A DNA stretch of 24,153 nucleotides from Ginkgo biloba (taxonomy: Eukaryota; Plantae; Ginkgophyta), in NCBI GenBank assembly GCA_024626585.2, contig JANKJI020000002.1, positions 187,345,401 to 187,369,553 of the forward strand, given 5' to 3'. Under the pieces are notes generated by a model. The model made no database searches, was not told the DNA's origin, and worked only from the letters and a program-made list of their open reading frames with translations. The stretch's first letter is position 1, and each line of letters starts with the position of its first letter. Position numbers and translations under genes: made by a program. This document shows, in pieces, positions 8,583-21,250 of this stretch.

Positions 8583-10207
8583 GTGAGCACTCCCTTTGCC
8601 TATATTACATGATGTATGTTTCAGTCCCTTTGACCATTTTTGGTCACTCATGAAAATTAATATAATTTCTCTCTTTCTTTATATCTCTTTGTGTGTGTGT
8701 ACAGCTTGGGCTAAATCTAGGTAGTATGCATGCACTGGCATGTTACCATTTTAAAACATGCTTAGGTTAGTATGAATTTATTTATGGGCTATGGAGTGTG
8801 CATGGGAATTTTTCCTAATAGGGCCTACGTTAATATGTATATCTTATGTATTTGACATAAAATAGGCCATAGATTATATTCTCATACAATTATAACTTTG
8901 TGAATTCTTACTTTGCATACTTTTGAACTATAGAGAACTCATATTTATCCAAAATCTTGGTGGATATTTACTTTGAATCTTGATTTCTGAATCTAGATTA
9001 GTGAATTCAAAATATTTTATGAGTGCATAGATTCTCTTAGGTTTTTTTGCAGGTGATTTGGCAGCTTCACGAGCACATATGGATTATTTTCTTAGGATGC
9101 ATGTGAAGGAATGTGGGTTTCCAAACTTTTCTCAAGTTTTTGGCTTTTCGATAGTGACATCATCCATCAACACGCTCTTAAACACTTCCACCATTGATAA
9201 GCATGCTAATAAGTGGCATTGGGCACACTTAAGCAATGGCACTATTAAGACTTAGATCTAAGAGGGTTTTAGAGAGTTCCTTGATCATATAGTAGGCAAA
9301 TATTTTTAGAGAGTTTGAATTAAGGACACTTACATCATGTTATCTTTCCAAATGGATTTTGTTCACATAATTAACCACATAACATGAAGATGTTATTGTA
9401 CCCTATTAATGCATGCATTTTATACATTAGTCAATGCTTAGTGTTCCTTTTGTAATCTCACTACACACATATATGATCATGACCTAGGGAAGCTTATCTT
9501 AGATTAAGACATAGCATTATGACACTTCATAAGCTTCCCCTAAGTTTAAGGCAATGAGTCTTATTTATCATATAAATACCTCTTTGTGTATAATATAAAG
9601 AGGCATTAGGAATCTTTAAGTAAGTCATCTTAATTATAATTCATGAATTTTATTATAGATTTTAATATTATTGGATATTATTGAGGAGACTTGGATAGAC
9701 TTTATTATATTTATTTTTGGCAAGGGTTTATTATTGTGACACATTAATTTATTGAGTTACTTGCACCATCTATTCAGACATGCATACATATCATGAAGAA
9801 GATAAGTGAGGGGAGAAGAGATTGCATTTGTTCATTGTATCAACCCTTATTTAGTGAGATCATTCTATTTTTTCACCTTATCCCTTCATAATAAACCAAT
9901 ATTCTCTTCTTATCAATTATTGTCTCATTTGTTTATGCCATGTTTCTTCAAGGATTAATATATTTATTCTAACCCACTTTTCATGAGAGAACATATATCT
10001 TTTCTTTTCTCTTATTTTACATATAGGTTTTAGGTTTGGCTATTCATCTAGGAGTTTTCTTCAAGCCACTGAGGGAGCAAGCATCTTCAATGGAGCATCA
10101 TCCTCTTGCCTAAGGATCTCAACCCCCACATCACACTTAGTCATATTTGTTAACCTTATGACATTACATCCTATTTATGGTCATAAGGGTGCTTTTTGGT
10201 ATAAACA
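8583..10207 (+). mobile_element. Probable LTR (solo or partial) of an LTR retrotransposon
   Basis: Non-coding, with TATAAATACCTCTTT...AAAGAGG (TATA plus hairpin, about 9571-9603) and internal inverted repeats (GGGAAGCTTAT/ATAAGCTTCCC 9487-9539; CCTTATGAC/GTCATAAGG 10154-10188). It ends ...TTTTGGTATAAACA at a sharp change to low-complexity DNA. The 5' end is probably in the gap, so the TSD cannot be checked. Confidence 0.45.
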
Positions 10208-10480
10208 ATATGCAAATACCTATATTAGTAACTATTTATACCTATAAGTACCTACATACTAATGTACCTTTATATATATATAAAATAGTAAAGATTGATA
10301 TCTATATATGCCTACATACCTATTTATATATAAATTAATAAATGTTAGTAGTTAGATATATATACATATGTAGATACCTGAATTGGTAACTATTGATACC
10401 TATATAAACATATATGTCTATTTTGGCATCTATATATACCTACATTTCTATATATGCATACCTATGCCTGCATGTACTAA
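10208..10480. repeat. Low-complexity TA-rich tract with degenerate (TATATATACCTAC)-like units
   Basis: Recurring TACCTAT/TACCTAC and (TA)n motifs. Confidence 0.7.
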
Positions 10481-13400
10481 TCCATATTTTCAGTGGATGA
10501 GTCAAAATCTCCCAATGTTAGCAATTATGGATTCTAACTNNNNNNNNNNNNNNNNNNNNNNNNNNNNNNNNNNNNNNNNNNNNNNNNNNNNNNNNNNNNN
10601 NNNNNNNNNNNNNNNNNNNNNNNNNNNNNNNNNNNNNNNNNNNNNNNNNNNNNNNNNNNNNNNNNNNNNNNNNNNNNNNNNNNNNNNNNNNNNNNNNNNN
10701 NNNNNNNNNNNNNNNNNNNNNNNNNNNNNNNNNNNNNNNNNNNNNNNNNNNNNNNNNNNNNNNNNNNNNNNNNNNNNNNNNNNNNNNNNNNNNNNNNNNN
10801 NNNNNNNNNNNNNNNNNNNNNNNNNNNNNNNNNNNNNNNNNNNNNNNNNNNNNNNNNNNNNNNNNNNNNNNNNNNNNNNNNNNNNNNNNNNNNNNNNNNN
10901 NNNNNNNNNNNNNNNNNNNNNNNNNNNNNNNNNNNNNNNNNNNNNNNNNNNNNNNNNNNNNNNNNNNNNNNNNNNNNNNNNNNNNNNNNNNNNNNNNNNN
11001 NNNNNNNNNNNNNNNNNNNNNNNNNNNNNNNNNNNNNNNNNNNNNNNNNNNNNNNNNNNNNNNNNNNNNNNNNNNNNNNNNNNNNNNNNNNNNNNNNNNN
11101 NNNNNNNNNNNNNNNNNNNNNNNNNNNNNNNNNNNNNNNNNNNNNNNNNNNNNNNNNNNNNNNNNNNNNNNNNNNNNNNNNNNNNNNNNNNNNNNNNNNN
11201 NNNNNNNNNNNNNNNNNNNNNNNNNNNNNNNNNNNNNNNNNNNNNNNNNNNNNNNNNNNNNNNNNNNNNNNNNNNNNNNNNNNNNNNNNNNNNNNNNNNN
11301 NNNNNNNNNNNNNNNNNNNNNNNNNNNNNNNNNNNNNNNNNNNNNNNNNNNNNNNNNNNNNNNNNNNNNNNNNNNNNNNNNNNNNNNNNNNNNNNNNNNN
11401 NNNNNNNNNNNNNNNNNNNNNNNNNNNNNNNNNNNNNNNNNNNNNNNNNNNNNNNNNNNNNNNNNNNNNNNNNNNNNNNNNNNNNNNNNNNNNNNNNNNN
11501 GATATATCACAAAAGTGCATACCTTACCTTACACCAACTCCTATCACATTAGGAGTAATTCCAAGGTGATATAGAAGGAAGTACATATATCTCCTCACTA
11601 CTTGATACTAATGTATGGTGTCAATGCTATATCAAATAGGTGTTAAGAGAGAACCCATTCTATTTAAGCATTCAACACTCCTATCACTACATGCTAGGAT
11701 CCATGCTATAATTAGGTTGTCAAATATACTTCTTCCCATCTACTGATACATGACATAGAATAAAAATTGGCATAGGTTTTTCCCTCTGGTATCAAATGAA
11801 TAAATATCTCATAAATGAAGGCTTAGAATATTTTTACATAAACAAAGGTGGACCTCCTCCTCCTCCTGATATGACATGACCTCAAGGCATCCATAAATGA
11901 ATCTAGAATCATCCCTATCTAGTCTAAGGGTGTACCTCTTATACATACATTAAAGATATATACAACTCAAAGAGGTAGTCCTTCATTTGTAGTGAATCTA
12001 ATGATCCTCTATGGGAATATCATTGCTACAAGACAAGTGTTATAACTTAAACTTTTGCTAATTTCCCTTGAAAGGAGTGTCAAGGATATCCAAGAAGAGA
12101 ACCTTGAAATTAGCCTTAGAAGATGTGCCAAAGTTTAAACTTAATGATAGGGTCTTATTATATATTTTGCATATGATGATAAAATCCCTTACTAAAGTGC
12201 TTAGGAGGGAGAGAATTATGAAGGATAAGACCTAAAGGAAATTTTAGCTAAGGGTGACTCCCTTTAAGGAGTGATTTGAGAGATTGTAATGCCATAGAGG
12301 ACTTCTAAGGGTTTGGATCAGTCTTAAGAGTGAGATCAACCCTATATAATGTCTTAACCTATTTTTAAACATATATTAGGGTTATTCTGGCTTTGATAAT
12401 TTCCATTTAAATTTCTCTTTTCTCTCTTTTTTATATCCTACTCAAGGCATCTTCTTGGGAGTCATTTTCTCTATACTGGCTACTTGATTTCTTCCTTATA
12501 ACTTATTATTTTTAGATAACAACTAATTTGTTCATATTTTGAACCAATTATTTGCACTTATAGCAGATTGCAATATGTATTTCCTCTTATAAAGTAATTA
12601 GATCTATTCCTTAAGGTTAGATAACCTCATTAGAGGATTTTAAATGGTCCAAAATAGTTTTATGAGGCCCAATGAACCTCCAAATAAAGTTGTTGGCTTT
12701 TCTAGCACCTACTAGCCTATTTCTACACTAGCACTACATCACTCTCAACACCTAAAAATATGGGAGCTAATATGTTTAAGTCTAGGAAAGTATTTTACAT
12801 TTTCGAATAGGTAAGTCATCATGGAATGTAAGTGTTACTTCTACCCAAAATTTAGCACTATTACTATGTAATATTTTTTCTAACATAAATTCATAATATA
12901 ATAGAAGTGAGTCTAAAGTTTAATTTTATGCTTACATATGAATTAATATGGATCTATTTACCCTAGGAATACATATTTAGTCTTTATGCAATAGGGTGCT
13001 CTTGGTGAAATAATTATTTTGAATGATTTATGGTTAATTTTGTATTTGTATATACATTAGGGTTTAGACTATTTATTATTTTACCATATTTTTAGGTCCT
13101 AATCCCTAACATTTAGTCTTAGTAGTAGCTTGTCCTTATATAGAATCCACTAAGGGGATTATCAGATATATATTTAGCCATGCCTTTGCATTTATTTAGT
13201 TTTATCTATATTGGGATAGTACATGCTATTGTGAGCATTTTATGGTTTTTATTATTGGCTGCTAAGAGTGAGGGTAGGGATAACACCCTTAAAATCCTTT
13301 AAGATGCTTTGGTATTGTGGGGTTTGATAGTTCTCATAATGGGCCATATATCTAAATTGACTTTCATTAGTATATGTTTTTGCAAATTATCTTACTCACA

Positions 13401-15029
13401 CTTATTTTATAGTTAATTATACTTGTATGCATGTTACCATTAATGGGTGGACATATAATTAGGGATATAGTCTTAGTATCAAAGAGAGGTTGAAAATAGA
13501 CCTACACTTAGCACTCTTATTTGGTTGAATTAATGAATGGAATCAAGTGGAGCAATCATTGCCACTTGATGTTGACGATGTATAATATGTTGCCACTGGA
13601 GGTTTGGTTGCCAGTCAAATAGGCCCTTTTAGGTGGTTTCTGATGACCAACAATGGAGGCTAGCCCAAGTTGCCTAGTCTACCCTCGCCCCTAATAGTCT
13701 AACCTTTTAAACCTGTCATGTGGTTGTGTTTGCTTGTATATTAGTCATTAATGGAAATGAATATTTCTTCTGCATTTGTGCACTAATGATTATCCATGTT
13801 ACAGATCTTAATAGTGTTGGGATGCAAGTCTAGGAGGTGGGACAATTACAATCAGCGCACATGATTGAGAAACCCCATGTACAATCTAAATCAACAATAG
13901 CGCCAGATGTTGGGTACATATTTTCCATTGAGAGTGCAAGACCATTCCATGCACAAGATCAATCACACCAATAAAGGAGACATTGGCAACGACAATAAGA
14001 TATTCTCATTAATATGTGGGAATAANNNNNNNNNNNNNNNNNNNNNNNNNNNNNNNNNNNNNNNNNNNNNNNNNNNNNNNNNNNNNNNNNNNNNNNNNNN
14101 NNNNNNNNNNNNNNNNNNNNNNNNNAAATCCAAGGGGATAATCTATTTTCTTGAACCTCTATACCCTCTATCCATTGGAATAAATCCCTTTGGAAAAATT
14201 ATACAATTTGATCAGATCTCTATATGAAAAAAAAATTGAATACCATATAAATGCATGTGATTGTAGGGTTTACCATGTCAACACACACTCCTAAAGCATG
14301 TCATTACATAATGTCATGTTTGTGCAGCACAAAAATACTATGAAGTGCACAAAAATATGGTACGACTTGTCACTTGCTGAAAATATGATCTAAGAATACA
14401 AAATGTTACATCCTTGCATGCAACTCAAGATTGATACTCATAATTGTCCTACAAACCTATCAAATCGCCTATAAGATATATTAGATGATATTATATTCAT
14501 CCATGAAGATTTGATTACCAAGATCTATCATAATCAATCAAAGATTCTAAGATAAATCAAAGGTAAGAACCATTCACAATAACATTGGACAAATAACCAA
14601 ACTCTCTTGATTCCACTTGTAAGAATTCAAAGTTGTGCATGAGGAGAAACCCAAGCGCCTTCTATGAGAGGAGACTTGGTTATAATTAGTAGATTCCCTT
14701 AAGAAATATTCCATGTAATTTCCACCAACCTCTAATAACCTCGCAAGCTTTAGTCAATGAATATTAGAGGCCATATTAAGGATAGTAATATGCCTTTGCA
14801 TATATATATCAACTAGAATTAGTCCATAGCTAATTTAATAAATAAAATTTATTAACCCATAGCTAATAAAAATAATAGAGAGAGAGAAAGGGAGATGAGC
14901 TAGGAAGAGAAAACTCAATCCAATAAAACCTACCTAATAGATTCCCTATGGTCATATCCTCCTCTCAAGTTTAGACCCCCATAAAACCATATGTTATCCC
15001 CCTACTGGTTAGGATGGCACATCAGGAAA

Positions 15030-16265
15030 CTATAAGAATGTGTTTCCTCTAAAATGACAATGGAACGATCATTTTCAACCAGAAGGAAATTTGAGATTTA
15101 ATTAAGGATCATTGCTAGGATATTTAGCAAGCAAGGATACTCAACTCATAAATATTAAAGGTCGTTAGTATCCTTCCTGCAAAGCTCAATCCCTTTCCTA
15201 TAGAACGCATCAACCTTAATACTTCCCTAAAAATGTAACATTACTAGGGAGGAAATTAAAGTTGTTATAAACCAAATAGAAGAAGAAAAAACACTTGGTC
15301 TAGATAGATTCCCTATATAATTCTATAAAGTCCTCACCAAGAATACAATAATACCTCTATTATAAGAAGTTTGATAAGAGACCTTTGAAAAAGGGTCCTT
15401 ACAACCTATCATCAATGAAACACTTGTCACCCTTGTACCAAAAATGTATAAGCGAGCTACCTTAAGATACTAAAGACCAATTATCCTATATCTCCTATAA
15501 AATAATAGTTAAGGTCATTATAGGAAGACTTAAGGAAATTCTCCCCTTTTTGATATAAGAGGAATAAGGGGATTTTGAGGTAGGCAGATAGATTATTAAC
15601 AATGTTCTTCTCCTTCAAGAATCCATCCACTCAGCCAACCAAAGGAAGGAGGCAATTGTGATTCTCAAGCTAGATATGAAGAAATCCTATGAAAAAATAT
15701 ATTAGAACTTTCTATTNNNNNNNNNNNNNNNNNNNNNNNNNNNNNNNNNNNNNNNNNNGCATTAGGTCGATTGGGTTCTCTAGTGTGTGATAATGATGCC
15801 GTTTTTTGGTCTAGTTAATGGCTCCCCAACTAACTTCTTCAAATCCTTGAGGGGGCTAAGATAGGGTTGCCTGCTCTTTCCAAGTATTTAAATCCTTATT
15901 ATAGAGTATTTGGGGTGGGCTCTGACTTCCCTAATTAATAGAGGTCAGGACAAAGGTATCCAAATCTCCCCAGGGGTCCAGAACATTTTCTATCTTCAGT
16001 TTGTGGATGATGTGATCATTATAAATAAGTATAATCCAAGATAAATAAAGAGATTAGCTAAGGAATTAGATCCTTTTCTGAGGGATTTGGGAGGAACCTT
16101 AAATAAATAAAAATCCTAAATATTCCTTGTAAATGGGCCCAACAGTTTTCTTCAAATCCTCAACCATATGTTAGGTTTCAAGAAGAGGACCCTCCTAATA
16201 AAATACTTGGGAGTTCTAATATCTCCATCTATACTACACCCCTCTAACTAGGATTGGATCTTAAA
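15030..16265 (+). mobile_element. Degenerate L1-clade LINE ORF2 reverse transcriptase
   Basis: RT motifs in order: ITREEIKVVI..KTLGLDRFPI*FYK (KAPGPDGF; 15288), INETLVTLVPK..*RPIIL, YKIIVKVIIGRLKEILP, KLDMKKSYEK (15667), LVNGSPTNFFKSLRGLR*GCLLFP (RGLRQGCPLSP; 15850), LQFVDDVII (FADD; 16000-16011), LNK*KS and IKYLGV. Many stops and frameshifts. Confidence 0.95.
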
Positions 16266-16381
16266 AAGCATGTGAATAGTAAGTATGGAAGGATAATGAA
16301 AGAGAGGAAGAAAAGTTAGGCAATTTTAAAGTGATCAAAACCATAAGTCCCATTTCATGCATAATTATAATTAACTACAAA

Positions 16382-16438
16382 GTAGATAACGATTCTACTT
16401 CAACTTATTATGATTTAACTGTTAATTAGAAGTGGCCC
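16382..16438 (-). mobile_element. Second, truncated copy of the MITE terminal inverted repeat
   Basis: Reverse complement GGGCCACTTCTAATTAACAGTTAAATCATAATAAGTTGAAGTAGAAT aligns without gaps to 6049 GGGCCACTTCCCACTGATAGTTAAATTAAAGTAAATTAAAAGAGAGT. It is flanked by TTA (16439-16441). Confidence 0.7.
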
Positions 16439-17498
16439 TTAGGATTCTAACGAGGAAGAGTGCCTTTCTAATTCTAATTTTTCCCATAGTAATTGTCAAT
16501 TTAAACTATTATTCATGGAAGAGACTATAGTTAATGTAAAATGTACTTTTTTGGATGGGGATTATTGTAGGAGTACGAAGTTAAAAAACTAAAGATTAGT
16601 TTGATAAAGTATATTGAAATACGTGTAGAAATGCCAAACTATAATTGGAAGATATTTTTAGCATAAAAATACATAAAATAATATGATATTAATGTATGTG
16701 CATCTATAAAACATGTGGACTATCAAAGGAATGATATGTTATCAATATATGAGCATGTATATGTATTTGTCAAATATATGGCCTATCAAAAGCAGATAGG
16801 AAACTTACTTGGCTTGGATTGAATGACNNNNNNNNNNNNNNNNNNNNNNNNNNCAATATAAATCTATCTTACTTTGTAAGAACTATAAGTTCAATAGTGT
16901 TGTAATGATACAAATGGGTAGTTATCAAATGCATGAGAAATAATTGCAATCTTCAAATATAATATTCAATATAGCAAAAACTTAAGAAATTCAATCATAA
17001 TGCCCAGTATTGTTAGTCAACTTGGTCATAATAAATCAAGATTATTAAGAGAGTCATTTTTATTAATCTAAAAATGTGAGGAAGCACCTCCTTCTAGAGC
17101 ATCTTAGATTTACATAGAAACTACTAGAATGTTACAACTAATGATTAAATGAGGTGAACATGGGCCTTATATAGTCCAAACTAGTGCAACTTTCTTTGTA
17201 CTATCCTAAGATAGGTTAAGACTACATAATTTGGTGTAAAAGGACCTAATTGCCTTAGATCTTAAGAGGTGTACTTCTAGCTTGCCCAAATGGGGCCTAA
17301 ACTCTTTTTTAGCCCCCTTTAGTATATGACAAGGGCGTATTTCAAGAATTCTTTTCCTGTAGGTAAATGTTACAACTTCGATTTACAACAAGCAACTTTT
17401 GTACTCTAACTTTTTCTATAAGGCTTACTAATCTACAAATGTCCTTAGTACTTACCAAACTTTTTATATTATCTGTTATATCTATAATGTGATAAAAG

Positions 17499-17679
17499 TC
17501 ATCTTAGACATTTAAGTCCATTAGGTACTTTACAAGGAGATGTTGTTCATATTCTACTTTACGTGTACTAAATAATTAATATATTCCTTATTTTCATAAC
17601 ATTTGTTGTTGGGTTCTACATCCTTCCTATTTTGTTTCACAAGTCATGAGCGTGAGTTCTAATCCTATATATATTTCGT
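17499..17679 (+). repeat. Direct repeat copy 1 (about 180 bp)
   Basis: TCATCTTAGACATT...GGGTTCTACATCCTTCCT...GTGAGTTCTAATCCTATATATATTTCGT recurs at 18021-18208. Confidence 0.9.
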
Positions 17680-17779
17680 NNNNNNNNNNNNNNNNNNNNN
17701 NNNNNNNNNNNNNNNNNNNNNNNNNNNNNNNNNNNNNNNNNNNNNNNNNNNNNNNNNNNNNNNNNNNNNNNNNNNNNNN

Positions 17780-18020
17780 TGTGACCCTTGGAGTGAGGCA
17801 CCCTCTTTATAGCCTATATAAGGCATTATCCCCTTATTTCCTCTTAGTCATTCAACCATTGATTATTATTTATTCTTCTCCTTGTGAGAACCACTTTTAT
17901 CTTAGGATCAAAGTGCTCCTCTCTTCTACTTGAAAAACAAAGTTCTTCCCCCTTCTACTTGGAAGTAGAGTGCTTTCCCTTCACCTTGGATAACATAGTG
18001 CTCTCTCTCATACTCTATAT
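17780..18020 (+). mobile_element. LTR-like fragment between the two direct repeats
   Basis: CCTATATAAGG TATA box (about 17813-17823) followed by a pyrimidine-rich R/U5-like tract; non-coding. Confidence 0.3.
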
Positions 18021-18208
18021 TCATCTTAAACATTCAAGCTCATTAGGTACATTAGAAGGATATGATGTTCATATTCCACATAATGGAGATGTCCATTATG
18101 TTTACTAAATAATTGATATATTCCTTATTTTCATAAAAAGGGTTCTACATCCTTCCTGATTTGTTTCACAATTCATGAGAGTGAGTTCTAATCCTATATA
18201 TATTTCGT
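18021..18208 (+). repeat. Direct repeat copy 2 (about 190 bp)
   Basis: Diverged copy of 17499-17679 with substitutions and two indels. Confidence 0.9.
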
Positions 18209-21200
18209 CTTCTTTTTTTCTTTTACCTCATCTTTGTCTAGGTAATATTGTAACTTCAAATCTTGATTAATGATTTATTTGTAGCAAGATAATTTACTTT
18301 TTCCCACAATGATATTAGGTACTATAGGTTACTCAATACCTTATCATCAACATACTTGAATAGTCTTGTATCATCATACTTTCTTAGTTTTATCCAATCT
18401 TTTGAAATTCATTTATTTAGATTCATTTCTTCTTCAATTAGTGTTTGTTGTCATTAGCCCACCCTTGCTTTAGTCTTTGATATGTCTCACTATGTAAGCA
18501 TATAGTTGCTAGATTTCCATCATTATCATTTTCTCTTTGCTTTTTCTTTTATGTGATTTGGCTTCTAAGTGGATTCAAACAACATCTAGGACAAGAATAT
18601 GATAAAACTATGATCTTTACCCTTATTGTAGTCAAGATAAATTGATTTTAAATTTATTCTAATTTCTTCCATGTTTCAAGTGAAATGTTATATCCCACCA
18701 TATATAATTGATAATAGGTATCAACAGGATGTCAAATAGGACCATTTTATTTCCATAACAAAAATAATACAATTTTGTATATTTATTTTCAAGTTTAAGG
18801 GAGGAATTCCATCCTCCATTTAACCTTCTTTCTTTCTTTTTATAGGAACTAGGGGAATCGGTAGGCGAAGCCAATTTTCTCACCACAAATGANNNNNNNN
18901 NNNNNNNNNNNNNNNNNNNNNNNNNNNNNNNNNNNNNNNNNNNNNNNNNNNNNNNNNNNNNNNNNNNNNNNNNNNNNNNNNNNNNNNNNNNNNNNNNNNN
19001 NNNNNNNNNNNNNNNNNNNNNNNNNNNNNNNNNNNNNNNNNNNNNNNNNNNNNNNNNNNNNNNNNNNNNNNNNNNNNNNNNNNNNNNNNNNNNNNNNNNN
19101 NNNNNNNNNNNNNNNNNNNNNNNNNNNNNNNNNNNNNNNNNNNNNNNNNNNNNNNNNNNNNNNNNNNNNNNNNNNNNNNNNNNNNNNNNNNNNNNNNNNN
19201 NNNNNNNNNNNNNNNNNNNNNNNNNNNNNNNNNNNNNNNNNNNNNNNNNNNNAGCTCACTTACTACACTAAAATTGCATTTTTTATGTTGGTTATATCAA
19301 GATAAATGGAAGGGAATTAAGAGGATTGTAGATAATGTCTATCTATTGGGTTTTCTACTTATTAAGGATGGATGATAGTCCATTTTCATCCCTGAAGATT
19401 CCTTTATAGTCATTTTCTTATTGGCCATTCTTAGTGAATAGATGCATGTTACATAACCAACTCTATTATATTATATTTGATGTTCTAGATGCTATTAAGA
19501 TTGTGGGTCCAAATTTAGGGCATTTATTAGGAAAGGTCAACATTCCACCAACATTTTCAAGGTAATTTCCTTTCTAGTCTAATATATACTCCCATAAAAT
19601 CTTATGTACTACTAAGGCACACTCTAGATAAATCTATTATTGAAAATAAAAATTATGAGGCTAGAATTAGAGTAGTGAAGTGGAATTATTATAGGATGTA
19701 GACATTCTATGATATTGCTTGTCATATTTTAGAAAATCTTATGTGATCTAAAAGCCAATGTAGGATATGATAGACAAAACTATCTTAATGTTAAGGACAA
19801 TCATACATTTTCCTTTAAGTGGGTACTTATCATCCATTATGTGTGTAAAATATGATGCATATCAAGTGTTTGATAGAATATCTCAATAGAAAAGTAATAC
19901 TTAGGGATGACAAATTGTAGGATATGGACAACATACGCAATAGAACTTGGTGAAGTTCTATAAAAATATAGGCTAAGATAAACTTCTTGTCAAATGTTAT
20001 CTTTAAATTTTTTTTATGTAGGATGATTTATATTAATGGAATCTCAATGCTATTAGGAACTAAGAGATTATGTATTGCTTATGAATTCTAGAAGCTTTAA
20101 TATCAATTGCAAAAATCCCCTTTTTAGTGGTAGAGATTAGGTATGTTACAAGTAGTCTAATAGTTAGGAAACTATTTCCAATTAATTTACAAGAATATGT
20201 ATGGATAAAATGTCAAATTTTGCATATGTAGGACCCATCAAGGCAATATGAAAGTAATCCCCTCGATGGATTTATGGTACATAATACTAATGGTGCATGG
20301 TAGTTCCTCTTTATCATTCTTCTTAGGGAATTCTATCCCTTATTGATACCATGATAATCTCCATTACAAGAATATTACTTTGGACACCTTATTAGTTGAT
20401 ATATTTAGCTCAATGTAGTGGAATTAACACTAGGCAATCATCAAGTTTTCCTCCTCATTTTGCATTTATAATAATACCATGACTTCAAAGATCTTAATGA
20501 GAAGATGGTGGGGTTCATCACATATAGAAAAGGGAGGTCTAATACACCCAAGATTTTTATTATTTTCGATATGGATTATTATATTTATTTCATTCCTAAT
20601 TGGAATAATAACCCTATGATTTTATTTTTTATTTTTAGAAATAAACGAAGCCTATATATAGAATTAATTATGTGTAATTGATTCTTTATCTCATATGATA
20701 TGTAATGTAATCGATTCTTGTGAATAAAATTCCATACACTAATTTTCATAACATGCAATCTCTCTCTCTCTCTAGCATTTTGGCTTAAAGATCCATTTTA
20801 GGTCTTTCTCCCTTAAGGAAAGGAGTTGTATAGCCATGGCATGAAGCCCATTTAGGAAAATTTTAATGTCTGAATTTTAGTATTCACTTTTAAAAATCCA
20901 TGTACTTTTTATGTTATGATTTATGGTAGTTATGATCCCAAATTCCTTCTATTATTATTCTTATTAAAAAATGATATCTCTATTTGTATAAGTTGTTTGA
21001 CAATTAATTGATGAGCAAACTTTTCCCTTATATTTTAATGGGGGATTTAAGATCAACATTGAACTAGATGATTAGATTGTTAACCTTAAAATAGAACCAG
21101 GGAAAATTTTAAGGAGTGGCTTATTTTATATAAATATATTTATTTGGCGANNNNNNNNNNNNNNNNNNNNNNNNNNNNNNNNNNNNNNNNNNNNNNNNNN

Positions 21201-21250
21201 NNNNNNNNNNNNNNNNNNNNNNNNNNNNNNNNNNNNNNNNNNNNNNNNNN

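Noticed and set aside
9058-9255. 65 aa ORF and similar short ORFs (3916-4137, 4209-4481, 17884-18108, 18659-18886)
   Set aside because: They lie in LTR-like or low-complexity DNA, have no recognisable domains and are of chance length.
10383-11552. Long ORFs of 328-389 aa and the other X-rich ORFs in the track
   Set aside because: They are artefacts of N gaps, which contain no stop codons.
13057-13067. Telomeric TTTAGGG-like sequence
   Set aside because: Only about 1.5 units, which is expected by chance.
11501-13460. Possible internal or 3' region of a Tat/Ogre-like Gypsy element
   Set aside because: The composition suggests decayed retroelement DNA, but I could not recover a diagnostic motif.
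16803-16827. Minus-strand GTAAGT donor that might be an upstream exon of the candidate gene
   Set aside because: Only 19 nt are visible before a gap; there is no acceptor or frame support.
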